A DNA stretch of 46,576 nucleotides, from positions 12,764,101-12,810,676 of the forward strand of contig NC_068993.1 of assembly GCF_001194135.2 (NCBI RefSeq). The letters run 5' to 3'. The notes beneath the pieces were generated by a model. That model did not search any database and was not told the DNA's origin. It worked only from the letters and a program-made list of their open reading frames with translations. Numbering within the stretch: the first letter of the stretch is position 1; every line of letters begins with the position of its first letter. Source of the stretch: Octopus bimaculoides (lineage: Eukaryota). The position numbers and the translations under genes were made by a program. This document shows, piece by piece, positions 46,545 to 46,576 of this stretch.

Positions 46545-46576
<32 letters not shown>
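43040..46576. repeat. Microsatellite-rich, low-complexity (TA/CA/TG) non-coding region
   Basis: Dense dinucleotide runs; all track ORFs here are YI/CV/HT-type artefacts. Confidence 0.85.

Overview
This is AT-rich, repeat-dominated animal genomic DNA from a short-read-style scaffold, with 9 N gaps mostly flanked by microsatellites. The SINE families resemble ones I recall from Octopus, so a coleoid cephalopod source is likely; this is inference, no search was run. No complete gene, true tRNA, rRNA or CRISPR array is supported, and nearly all long ORFs in the track are microsatellite or N artefacts. Well supported: (1) about 25 copies or fragments of one tRNA-like SINE (family A), two full-length copies of a second tRNA-headed SINE with target-site duplications (family B), and a CORE-like SINE (family C). 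(2) A decayed Ty3/Gypsy pol relic (RT end, RNase H, integrase, polypurine tract) at about 19.9-22.7 kb. It is interrupted by the 3' end of an R2-group (REL-endonuclease) non-LTR element and by a SINE nested within a SINE. (3) A Tigger/pogo-like MITE whose right end is replaced by a fold-back. (4) Several local duplications. The most interesting unexplained structures are a roughly 150-bp inverted duplication (14974-15119 / 17921-18080) enclosing 2.8 kb with exon-like segments, and a 74-nt pre-miRNA-shaped hairpin with a perfect 22-bp stem (40108-40181). Several splice-signal-bounded exon candidates exist on both strands, but I could not assign them to a known protein, so they are low confidence. 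I found no convincing evidence of a new multi-gene system. Repeat boundaries are approximate (about +/-10 bp).
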